A DNA stretch of 64,000 nucleotides from positions 1 through 64,000 of the IMG/VR virus record IMGVR_UViG_3300032038_000010. One strand, 5' to 3'. Positions within the stretch are counted from its first letter, which is position 1, and each line of letters begins with the position of its first letter. The notes beneath the pieces are model-generated. The model was given only the letters and a program-made list of their open reading frames with translations. It was not told where the DNA came from and ran no database searches. This DNA comes from a virus. Taxonomy: Duplodnaviria; Caudoviricetes. The position numbers were made by a program, and so were the translations under genes. Below, in pieces: positions 19,825-27,460 of this stretch.

Positions 19825-20227
19825 ATTCGATAACTTACTGCGTCATGAACAGACTAAGTTATCTATCCTGAATGTCTAGTAGGGAGAAACAAAGTAATAG
19901 ACTAGATGCCCATTGCTGATTGGGTGGTTGTTGGGAAATATGATGGATGGTAAAAGTCACCCCGTATAGAACCGATCTATACAATAAGAAAATTATACCT
20001 ACCCCGTGAATTTTTACTAAGTGAGTTTTCTCAGCGTAACAAAAAGAAAACATCATTAATCTGATTTCTAGAGTCAGGTGCAAAAGAAAAGAGTAGATTG
20101 ATAGATGGATAACACTTCGGGTGGTCGCAAAGGCAGGCGGTTGAGTCTATCAAAGATGCCATTACTCTTATCTTATTTCCTCCAGTTTGCCAGAGTTCGC
20201 CGCGGAGGTAAACCTAAACTGGCATTT

Positions 20228-20298
20228 TGACTACTATTTCAATGGTAGAAAGCGTGTCTGATAAGCACGTAATCCAAGTTCAATTCTTGGGTAGTCAA
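20228..20298 (+). tRNA. tRNA-Ile(GAT)
   Basis: CGTGT-CTGATAA-GCACG. Confidence 0.85.
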
Positions 20299-20394
20299 GT
20301 TAGGCGGTCTTAGGTGAAAGACGCATTTGGTTGGCTGCCAAGACCAGAATAGCCATTATGTGCGTGTGGCGCAGTTGGTAGCGCATATGATAAC

Positions 20395-20423
20395 TTGACA
20401 AGTATAAAAATCTTTGATAAAAT
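20395..20423 (+). promoter_or_regulatory. SigA promoter inside the insert
   Basis: TTGACA-17 nt-TAAAAT with extended TG. Confidence 0.8.
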
Positions 20424-20439
20424 GTAAGTATAAAAAAGC

Positions 20440-20511
20440 GGGCGCGTCGCCTAAAGGTATGGCACCAAACTTTTAATTTGGTCTATGTGAGTTCAATTCT
20501 CATCGCGCCTA
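20440..20511 (+). tRNA. tRNA-Lys(TTT)
   Basis: CCAAA-CTTTTAA-TTTGG, GGGCGCG/CGCGCCT. Confidence 0.88.
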
Positions 20512-20538
20512 TAGAATTAAAAAGGAGATTTTTATACT

Positions 20539-20970
20539 ATGTCAAGAGCAGAAAATAAAATAAAAGGTAATATTGGAGAAGCTGCAATTTTATTTGAATT
20601 TGTAAAAAGACAAATCCCTGTGTCCATTCCTTACGGTGATAATGAAAGGTATGATTTAATTGCTGAATTTAATGGCAAGTTAAATAAAATTCAAATAAAA
20701 TATTGTAGCCAAGAAAGTAGTAATGATGGTGTTATCTGTCCATGTGCTAGTAGCTATAATCATACTTCAACAAGAACTGGTTGGGAAGATTATACAAAAG
20801 ATGGAATAGATTATTTTTGTTTTTGGATTGCTCCTGACGACTTAGTTTTAATTATTCCCATCTCTGAAATAGGAGAACAAAAGAGTATAACTTTTAAAAG
20901 AACTCCTGCTAAAAATGGACAAGCTACAAGATTGATGCAAGATTATACCTTTGATAAAATGTTTTCTTAA
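20539..20970 (+). CDS. PD-(D/E)XK homing endonuclease (PDDEXK_5 / I-Ssp6803I-like)
   Basis: KGNIGEA...PYGDNERYDLI...KIQIK...IDYF. Confidence 0.8.
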   Translation: MSRAENKIKGNIGEAAILFEFVKRQIPVSIPYGDNERYDLIAEFNGKLNKIQIKYCSQESSNDGVICPCASSYNHTSTRTGWEDYTKDGIDYFCFWIAPDDLVLIIPISEIGEQKSITFKRTPAKNGQATRLMQDYTFDKMFS

Positions 20971-21013
20971 ATCATAGTGTCGTGGGTTCAAGTCCCACCA
21001 CGCACATGGATCT

Positions 21014-21086
21014 GGCGCGTTCTTCTAATTGGCTAGGATAGGGCCCTTTCAAGGTCCAGATATGGGATCGTTCCCCGTACTCGCTA
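21014..21086 (+). tRNA. tRNA-Glu(TTC)
   Basis: GGGCC-CTTTCAA-GGTCC. Confidence 0.85.
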
Positions 21087-21189
21087 TGAAGATTTTATAA
21101 TCTCCAGCTCAGTAAGGCGGTTTAACTGGGCCGCCGCACATACTGGTTGATTTTCTTCAAAATTTTTGATATAATATTTGTATAAGATA

Positions 21190-21254
21190 AAGGGACACAC
21201 AGCAAAAATTATTGGTAAAGAAAATTCTGGAAAAATTTTTAAATCTTGCCCCTT
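21190..21254 (+). ncRNA. ACAGCAA-stem small RNA, copy A (Ser-GGA-like loop)
   Basis: terminal stem, ACAGCAA, AAAATT-CTGGAAA-AATTTT; directly after a promoter. Confidence 0.55.
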
Positions 21255-21262
21255 GTTTGTAT

Positions 21263-21337
21263 TGCGGGATGGAGAAGTTCGGTTATCTCGTCTGCCTCAT
21301 AAGCAGAAGATCGCCAGTTCAAGTCTGGCTCCCGCAA
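21263..21337 (+). tRNA. tRNA-Met(CAT)
   Basis: TCTGC-CTCATAA-GCAGA; initiator-like body. Confidence 0.85.
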
Positions 21338-21598
21338 CTAGTTCATCGGTCTATGAAACGGAGTCGAGAAGAATCTCTCTCATTGATAGCCATGGTAAAA
21401 TCAACTACATTAGGAATAGACAGACCTAATCTTCGTAGGCATGTAGGATGAATGAATGGCGGACGCGCACACCATAGAGCCTTCGGGTTCAGAAGAACGC
21501 GCGCTAACTCTTTCCTGGAGCGTCTGGACGCGCTTTTTAAATATACAAGAGTAAAAAGGAGAGAGTGCGGCAGCCCGTGAAGCTCACCGCACTCGTAT

Positions 21599-21671
21599 AG
21601 TGGAGTAGCATAAAGGATAGTGCAATGGTCTTCTAAGCCATGTTGTGAGAGTTCGAATCTCTCCTTCACTA
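21599..21671 (+). tRNA. tRNA-Arg(TCT)
   Basis: ATGGT-CTTCTAA-GCCAT. Confidence 0.85.
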
Positions 21672-21720
21672 TTGTTCATCATTAGATGAATATTGTTTAG
21701 CTAAGCAAAGGAGATAATAA

Positions 21721-22032
21721 ATGTCAGTTGCGTTATTCCTTACTTTGCTTTCTATTGAGTCGGTAGTAATTGGTTTGGTAACAGAAGCTCTAAAGAAGGG
21801 TTTTCGTAATGCAGGTAAAAATCCTAGTGCAAACTTGATTGCATTAATCAATGCGGTCGTAGTAGGCGGGGGTGGAACAATTATCTATTATGTATTGATG
21901 GGAATTGCTTTCACTCCGATTAATATTGTTTGCATTATTCTTATGATTTTTGCTACTGCTATCTCTGCGATGGTAGGATACGATAAAACTGTTCAGACAA
22001 TTATTCAGATTACAAGCAAAGAAACAAAGTAA
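21721..22032 (+). CDS. holin-like membrane protein
   Basis: three hydrophobic helices, VTEALKK and AMVGYDK motifs. Confidence 0.55.
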   Translation: MSVALFLTLLSIESVVIGLVTEALKKGFRNAGKNPSANLIALINAVVVGGGGTIIYYVLMGIAFTPINIVCIILMIFATAISAMVGYDKTVQTIIQITSKETK

Positions 22033-22150
22033 CTTTCCTTCACTGTTCCTGGTGACGAGTCGCGATAAAAGACAGGATAAAGCCTAAAGTAAGTTTCTCA
22101 CGTATTTGAGAATTACTGCGGAGGGCGCGGCGCTCAGTGGAACCGCATAT

Positions 22151-22224
22151 ACTCGATTATCCCAAATGGCAGAGGAGATCGGTTTAAACCCGATTTAGTG
22201 TTGGTTCGAGTCCAACATCGAGTA
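22151..22224 (+). tRNA. tRNA-Leu(TAA), short variable arm
   Basis: ATCGG-TTTAAAC-CCGAT. Confidence 0.82.
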
Positions 22225-22299
22225 TTACTCTGGCGCCAGAGTAAAAATATTTTTAAGAAGTGAGCATTAAGAATAGAATATGCTCAAAAGGAGAATATT

Positions 22300-22575
22300 A
22301 TGAAGATTCAGTATATTAGTGATGTAACCAATAAGGCGTATGATACAAAAGAGGAACTAGAAAAGGCTGAAGCGGCCGCCCTTAATAAGAAAAATGCTAG
22401 GGAGGCCCGCGCAAAGGAAGTTGAAGATGCTATGAAGGCAGCTCGTGACGCTAATAAGCACGCGCGCGAGGTAATGTCAAAGTTCTGTGCTGACTATGGT
22501 GCATACCATACCACAATCCATGACATTAAAGACTTCGATCCTTTTGATTGGTTTACCGATTGGTTTCTTTTTTAA
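22300..22575 (+). CDS. hypothetical coiled-coil protein
   Basis: AAGGAG RBS. Confidence 0.65.
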   Translation: MKIQYISDVTNKAYDTKEELEKAEAAALNKKNAREARAKEVEDAMKAARDANKHAREVMSKFCADYGAYHTTIHDIKDFDPFDWFTDWFLF

Positions 22576-22591
22576 TTTAATTTAAAAGATA

Positions 22592-22730
22592 TAGACACAT
22601 AACAGCAATCGTATAAAAATACAAGCATATTCGAAGATGAATAATATCATAAAAGGCGAAATAGTATTGAGAATACTTCGTGGTAACCTTGCCTAAGTAT
22701 TAGGCACAAATATAGTATCTTATGTGTCTA
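22592..22730 (+). ncRNA. ACAGCAA-stem small RNA, copy B (long)
   Basis: TAGACACATAA/TTATGTGTCTA stem, ACAGCAA, internal hairpins. Confidence 0.55.
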
Positions 22731-22735
22731 GCTAT

Positions 22736-22809
22736 GGGGCTGTAGCTCAGCTGGGAGTAGCGCGTCTTTTGCAAGGACGAGGTCGTGAGTTCGATCCTCA
22801 CCAGCTCCA
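22736..22809 (+). tRNA. tRNA-Ala(TGC)
   Basis: GGGGCTG/CAGCTCC with G3:U70, loop TTTGCAA. Confidence 0.9.
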
Positions 22810-22816
22810 TGAATAT

Positions 22817-22889
22817 ACGAGATTAGCTCAATCGGGAGAGCATCTGGTCTACACCCAGAAGGTTGATGGTTCAAGTCCATCATCTCGTA
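22817..22889 (+). tRNA. tRNA-Val(TAC)
   Basis: TCTGG-TCTACAC-CCAGA. Confidence 0.85.
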
Positions 22890-22890
22890 C

Positions 22891-22963
22891 TGTGTGCGTG
22901 GCAGATAGGTAATGCGGCGGTTTGTGGAACCGTTATATGAGGGTTCAAATCCCTCCGTACACC
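22891..22963 (+). tRNA. tRNA-His(GTG)
   Basis: GCGGT-TTGTGGA-ACCGT, C73. Confidence 0.85.
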
Positions 22964-23120
22964 CTTGATAATTATTAAAAATTATCATATAATATATATA
23001 TAAGATAAAGGACAAGAGAAAAGAAGTGGCTTCCACCACTCTAATACGGGAATATGGAATTAATAAGTTAGAGGAACTCAAGGGTAATACTCTTCAAGTG
23101 CGGGTTGTGCCGCACAATAA

Positions 23121-23203
23121 CGGTAGGTATGCCTAGCAGCGAGGGCAAGACACTGTAAATGTCCCACATAGAAACATCGTTGGTGCAAGTCCAACCCTGC
23201 CGA
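23121..23203 (+). tRNA. tRNA-Tyr(GTA)
   Basis: loop CTGTAAA, long variable region. Confidence 0.82.
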
Positions 23204-23215
23204 TTTTATATATCC

Positions 23216-23289
23216 CGCGCGGTCGTCTACGTTAGCTAGGATGGGAGTCTCTAAAACTCCAGAACTGGGGGCAGCACCCAGGCGCGTGA
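23216..23289 (+). tRNA. amber suppressor tRNA (anticodon CTA)
   Basis: GGAGT-CTCTAAA-ACTCC (CTA at 23251-23253), T arm CTGGG/CCCAG, D arm like tRNA-Glu. Confidence 0.85.
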
Positions 23290-23574
23290 ACTGCTCACTT
23301 GATGATGCAACTAACAGAGTGAGAGACTTAATAGAGTTGCAACTATGTGAAGTCCTAGACCTTGCACCAGCGAGGATGGGAACCTGCGGCTTTTGTAGAT
23401 TGAAGTCGGGTCGCCGCATCTATGCATAAGCGACAAAATCTACATTTTTATTTGGGAAGATAATCAATTGAGGATGTGCGGCAGCCGCGGTGTGAAACGT
23501 CACCAAGGCAGGCAGCCCGCATATAATTTGAAAAAGTAGAAAATATATTATATAATATATATATAAGATAAAGA

Positions 23575-23641
23575 AAGACACATACAGCAAATAAAAATTC
23601 TTGCAAATATCTGTTAAATATTTAAGCAAACAATGTGTCTT
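23575..23641 (+). ncRNA. ACAGCAA-stem small RNA, copy C (Asn-GTT-like loop)
   Basis: AAGACACAT/ATGTGTCTT, AAATAT-CTGTTAA-ATATTT; directly after a promoter. Confidence 0.6.
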
Positions 23642-23650
23642 GACTATTGA

Positions 23651-23723
23651 TGGGGTGTAGTTCAGTTAGCAGAACGCGTCGCTTGGGACGACGAGGTCGC
23701 AGGGGCAGGACCTGTCACTCCAA
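23651..23723 (+). tRNA. tRNA-Pro(TGG)
   Basis: CGTCG-CTTGGGA-CGACG. Confidence 0.85.
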
Positions 23724-23840
23724 TTGACCTGAGGAAAGGCCGCTTAGGCGTTCAACAGACCAATCCGCAGGGGCTAATAGCCAAAGAAACGCCAAAGAAT
23801 TGAGAATATTTGTTCAGAAAAGAACTGAAAATCTGGAATA

Positions 23841-23876
23841 GCTGTAGTGGCGAAACGGCAAACGCTGGGAGACTTA
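23841..23876 (+). pseudogene. 5' half of a tRNA-Leu-like gene
   Basis: GCTGTAGTGGCGAAACGGCAAACGC...GACTTA; no matching 3' half found. Confidence 0.45.
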
Positions 23877-23931
23877 GTGCTTCCGATTCTTAAGCACGAA
23901 ACAGCCCGTTGAGGGTTGGGGAGTACACTGA

Positions 23932-24246
23932 GACAAAACCAATAATGCAGTATCAAATCTGCGCTGGAATACATATAGTGAACAAATAAAAAATTCAGAT
24001 AATCCTTTTGTAAATCATCCAGAATATCAACAAATTGGAGCGAAAGTTGTTTCTAAGGCAGTTGAACAAAGAGATATAAATAATCATAATATTTTATATA
24101 ATACTTATCCATCAAGTTGTGCAGCTGCTAAAGCATTGTTTAATGATAGTTCTAAAAATAGTTTAATTAATAGGTGTGCCAATGGTAAAAAACCATCAGC
24201 TTATGGCTATTGGTGGTGTTTTGTAAATAATGGGGATGAGGTGTAA
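23932..24246 (+). pseudogene. 5'-truncated HNH-NUMOD1 endonuclease
   Basis: DKTNNAVSNLRWNTYSEQ (end of HNH) and YPSSCAAAK...INRCANGKKPSAYGYWW (NUMOD1); TGA immediately upstream, no start codon. Confidence 0.7.
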
Positions 24247-24304
24247 GGGTATGTGCACGCTGCGCCTGGGACGCAGAGGAGGAGTTCGAGTCTCACATCT
24301 CCAA
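24231..24304 (+). tRNA. tRNA-Pro(TGG), second divergent copy
   Basis: CTGCG-CCTGGGA-CGCAG. Confidence 0.7.
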
Positions 24305-24422
24305 CTAACCTAGAAAAAGGTTTCTCTCGTGTCCAGCAAAATGAAAGTCATACCAGCAGACAGGTTCAGTCTCAATGCGAGAGTCGCACGCTTCTATAAA
24401 TCTGGAGAAAAGAAGCTCTCAT

Positions 24423-24493
24423 TGGGGTATAATATAATAGCAGTATAGTGGTCTCTGACACCAACAATTCAAGTGCAACTCTTGATACCCCAG
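24423..24493 (+). tRNA. tRNA-Gln(CTG)
   Basis: loop CTCTGAC, U1-A72, G73. Confidence 0.82.
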
Positions 24494-24504
24494 GTTATTT
24501 TTAT

Positions 24505-24575
24505 AGCGGATTCGTATAATAGTAGTACAGGAGCCTTTGAAGTTTCTGGCGGGGGAGCGTAACCCTCATCCGCTG
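24505..24575 (+). tRNA. tRNA-Gln(TTG)
   Basis: loop CTTTGAA, G73. Confidence 0.78.
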
Positions 24576-24724
24576 CTAGTCAGATGGACGGAAATCATCT
24601 GGTGAAGAAATTCCATAGAAAGTCGCCCTGCTCGGGAACGCGTGTCTTTTAAAGAGTAGTTCTAGAACTTTTGCAGATATACTGACACTATGGAGGTTAG
24701 TGCTGAACCTTAAAAGCGCGACAT

Positions 24725-24798
24725 ACTCTTGTAGCATAACTGGATAATGCTTTCGGCTACGAGCCGAATGATTGCAGGTCCGAGTCCTGTCAAGAGTA
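24725..24798 (+). tRNA. tRNA-Arg(ACG)
   Basis: TTCGG-CTACGAG-CCGAA. Confidence 0.85.
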
Positions 24799-24865
24799 TT
24801 TGAAAATAATGAAAATTTTTGATATAATATATGTATAAGATAAAGAAAGAAAGGGCAATATAAAA

Positions 24866-25228
24866 ATGACAAATGATTATCAGAAGGCACTCGATCAGCT
24901 CCTTGCGAAGTATGCTCCTTCTTATACGAAGAAGTCTACTACCAATATCACCAATGTTAAGAGCTGGGATCGGTTCATGGCTAAGATGCAGCCAATCCCC
25001 ATGTTCAAGGATGATAAGGAGATGAAGAAGTACGAGAGTGACCTGTATACGGCGGCCCGTGCTGATGAGGATTCTCTAATCGAGGCTTACAAGGCTAAGA
25101 AGCTGAAGTCGAAGCGACTTATCAAAGAAGCTCGCACACTCGTCAAGAAGCGCAAGGCAGAGGCCGCAAAAGCTAATAAGGCTAAGTCAGGCAATAAGCC
25201 TGTTGATAGCACTCAGGCTATTGCTTGA
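24866..25228 (+). CDS. basic hypothetical protein
   Basis: promoter upstream, K/A-rich, biased codons. Confidence 0.65.
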   Translation: MTNDYQKALDQLLAKYAPSYTKKSTTNITNVKSWDRFMAKMQPIPMFKDDKEMKKYESDLYTAARADEDSLIEAYKAKKLKSKRLIKEARTLVKKRKAEAAKANKAKSGNKPVDSTQAIA

Positions 25229-25283
25229 GTATAAACATATACCTCCTTTCGTGGTTGGCGGCGAGACCTAAGCCGCCACCCAT

Positions 25284-25355
25284 GTCGCACTGGTGTAGCG
25301 GATAGCATATCTGCCCTCCAAGCAGACGGGGCCAGTTCAAATCTGACGTGCGACT
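25284..25355 (+). tRNA. tRNA-Gly(TCC)
   Basis: TCTGC-CCTCCAA-GCAGA, U73. Confidence 0.85.
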
Positions 25356-25365
25356 TATCCCATAA

Positions 25366-25656
25366 AAGACACATACAGCAAAATAAATTAAAGATGATTC
25401 TTTTAAAAAGAATAATATTTTAATAAGAGTGTCTTGTGCTTAATCAATATAATAAGATTGAAAGGCAATTACTGCAAATAATATTTTTGCTTCAAAATTA
25501 ATTAATAAGGGGGAGAACGCAAAAGCCCTCGATTGCCTTGACTTTTTACCTTTCTTTCTTTTACATATAGAGAAGCACACAGCAAAACATATTATAATAT
25601 CATATTATTTGAGATGATACAAAAGTATCAAGTAAATATTAAGTAATTAGCTTCTC
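25366..25656 (+). ncRNA. three tandem ACAGCAA-stem small RNAs: D (25366-25435), E (25462-25539), F (25570-25656)
   Basis: covarying stems AAGACAC/GTGTCTT, AAGGCAAT/ATTGCCTT, GAGAAGC/GCTTCTC, each followed by AC(A/T)GCAA; D has ATTCT-TTTAAAA-AGAAT. Confidence 0.6.
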
Positions 25657-25730
25657 GAACAGTATATAATGAACAATAGTTCACTTGATACCACGGGAAG
25701 TTACATAATGTAACTTCCCGTATTTTTTAT

Positions 25731-25806
25731 GTCGTAGAGGTGCGGCGGACGCACGGCAGACTGCAAATCTGCTGTTAGAAAGAAAGTTCAACTCTTTCCT
25801 GCGACT
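25731..25806 (+). tRNA. tRNA-Cys(GCA)
   Basis: GCAGA-CTGCAAA-TCTGC, U73. Confidence 0.8.
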
Positions 25807-25859
25807 TTTATTAAGCAAATTAATTTACATTTGGCAAAAGAAGAAAGGAAAATAAATTT

Positions 25860-27359
25860 ATGAACACTTTTATGAATGGTCTGAAAAATTTTGGCAATAT
25901 GACTTATACAGAAAACGGGGCAGCCGCACTGAAGTCGACAGGAAGCGCAGTTTATGATATGTTTGCGGTTGGCGCTTCATATCGTAATAGATCTGATGAA
26001 GATATTATTCTTCTTTTCAAGAACGCTCTTGAAGAGAATGAATCACTTGCGCTCAAGTGCCTCTTCTATATCAGGGACATTCGTGGCGGGCAAGGAGAAA
26101 GACGCTTCTTCCGTGTAGCGTATAAGTGGCTGGCTAACACATATCCAGCTATTGCTGAACGTAATTTAAACCAGTTTTCTGAGTATGGACGTTGGGATGA
26201 TCTTGTATATATCTGTCTTAATACTCCTCTTGAGGATAAGGCTATGAAGATTATCCGTGATCAGATTAATCTTGATCTTGAGTCCAAAACCCCCTCACTT
26301 TTGAGCAAGTGGCTTCCGTCAGAAAACGCTAGCTCCGAAGATACTAAGAGGGCAGCTCATATCGTTCGTAAGCATCTGGGGCTTACAAGCAAGCAGTACC
26401 GTAAGGTTCTGTCTGAACTGCGTAAGAGAATCAATGTGCTTGAGCGTTTGATGTCTAGTAACCAGTGGGATAAGATAGAATTTGACCAGATTCCATCGAA
26501 AGCGGGGCTAGTCTATAAGAACGCCTTCGCTAGACGCGACATCATCGCTAAGAAGTATGAAGCATTTGCAAAAGATAAGTCAACTAAAGTAAATGCGGGC
26601 GCCCTGTATCCTTACGAGATTGTTGCCAAGGCAGTTAATTACTTTGGTGGCTACTACGGATATGGTAGAGGTGATGATACAGACCGCGCTATGATTGAGA
26701 AGTATTGGGAGAGTCAGAAAGATTATCTCAAAGGATCTAATCTTTCGATGCTTTGTGTTTGCGATACTAGCGGAAGTATGCGCGGCTATAATGCTTCAGC
26801 TCCCATCAATGTGGCTATTGGACTTAGTATGTATGCGGCTGAACGTGCGAATGGTCCTTTCCATAATCATTATATTAGTTTTTCCTCTCGTCCTCAGCTT
26901 ATTGATATTAAGGGCGTAGACTTTGTAGATAAAGTACAACGTATCTATGACACTAACTTATGTAGTGATACTAATATTGAGAAGGTTTTTGATTTACTTC
27001 TTAGTATTGCTCAACAGCCTGGTGTAAAGAAAGAAGATATACCTGGAACCATTGTCATTATATCCGATATGCAAATAAATGCGGCTACGGGTTATTCTAC
27101 TGAATGGACTGAAAATAATAGTCAGCTTGAAATGGAGAAGATTAAATCTAAATGGACAGTCGCAGGCTTTAAAGTTCCTAAATTAATTTATTGGAATGTT
27201 AGTGCAAGAGGTGAAGCAAATATTATTGATCGAGGCCCTGACGTATCATTTGTTTCAGGCTGTTCACCAGTATTATTTGAACAGATACTTTCTGGTAAGA
27301 GCGGAATAGATATTATGATGGACAAGCTGAATAGTGATCGTTATCAAGTAATTCACTAA
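25860..27359 (+). CDS. DUF2828-family protein (TROVE/Ro60-like helical domain plus vWA)
   Basis: TENGA, RDIRGGQGERR, YGRWDDL, KWLPSE, MIDAS DTSGSM, ISDMQ, IYWNV. Confidence 0.85.
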   Translation: MNTFMNGLKNFGNMTYTENGAAALKSTGSAVYDMFAVGASYRNRSDEDIILLFKNALEENESLALKCLFYIRDIRGGQGERRFFRVAYKWLANTYPAIAERNLNQFSEYGRWDDLVYICLNTPLEDKAMKIIRDQINLDLESKTPSLLSKWLPSENASSEDTKRAAHIVRKHLGLTSKQYRKVLSELRKRINVLERLMSSNQWDKIEFDQIPSKAGLVYKNAFARRDIIAKKYEAFAKDKSTKVNAGALYPYEIVAKAVNYFGGYYGYGRGDDTDRAMIEKYWESQKDYLKGSNLSMLCVCDTSGSMRGYNASAPINVAIGLSMYAAERANGPFHNHYISFSSRPQLIDIKGVDFVDKVQRIYDTNLCSDTNIEKVFDLLLSIAQQPGVKKEDIPGTIVIISDMQINAATGYSTEWTENNSQLEMEKIKSKWTVAGFKVPKLIYWNVSARGEANIIDRGPDVSFVSGCSPVLFEQILSGKSGIDIMMDKLNSDRYQVIH

Positions 27360-27460
27360 TTTTGTTAGGACAACTATATTTAATATAGTTGCCCTAATTT
27401 TATAAAATGATGTCGACATTAATGGGACACATTAGATTATATTAATATAGGAGAATATTT

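Larger units (their letters stand above)
20360..21006 (+). pseudogene. tRNA gene split at the anticodon loop (5' half 20360-20390, 3' half ~20970-21006)
   Basis: GTGCGTG pairs with CACGCAC and TATGA pairs with TCATA across a ~580-nt insert. Confidence 0.85.
1328..24845 (+). promoter_or_regulatory. Dispersed family of ~19 SigA-like promoters (TTGAxx/TTTATT-N17-TATAATATATATAGAAA)
   Basis: TATAAT boxes at 1341, 5534, 6618, 7233, 8383, 9650, 12489, 12796, 13672, 14644, 15715, 17154, 19048, 19473, 19657, 21170, 22988, 23551, 24823, each ahead of a gene or RNA; one more on the minus strand at ~61185. Confidence 0.85.

Noticed and set aside
20391-20970. Group I intron in the split tRNA
   Set aside because: The insert is fully accounted for by promoter, tRNA and ORF; no R/S elements or terminal G
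21599-21671. Second amber suppressor (TTCTAA)
   Set aside because: The stem register gives loop CTTCTAA, so the anticodon is TCT (Arg)
21178-24890. Short ORFs overlapping the tRNA cluster (21178, 21212, 21343, 22724, 22728, 23078, 23241, 24576)
   Set aside because: They overlap clear tRNA cloverleaves or promoters
25366-25656. CRISPR mini-array
   Set aside because: Units share paired ends and a 7-nt motif, not identical direct repeats; no cas genes seen
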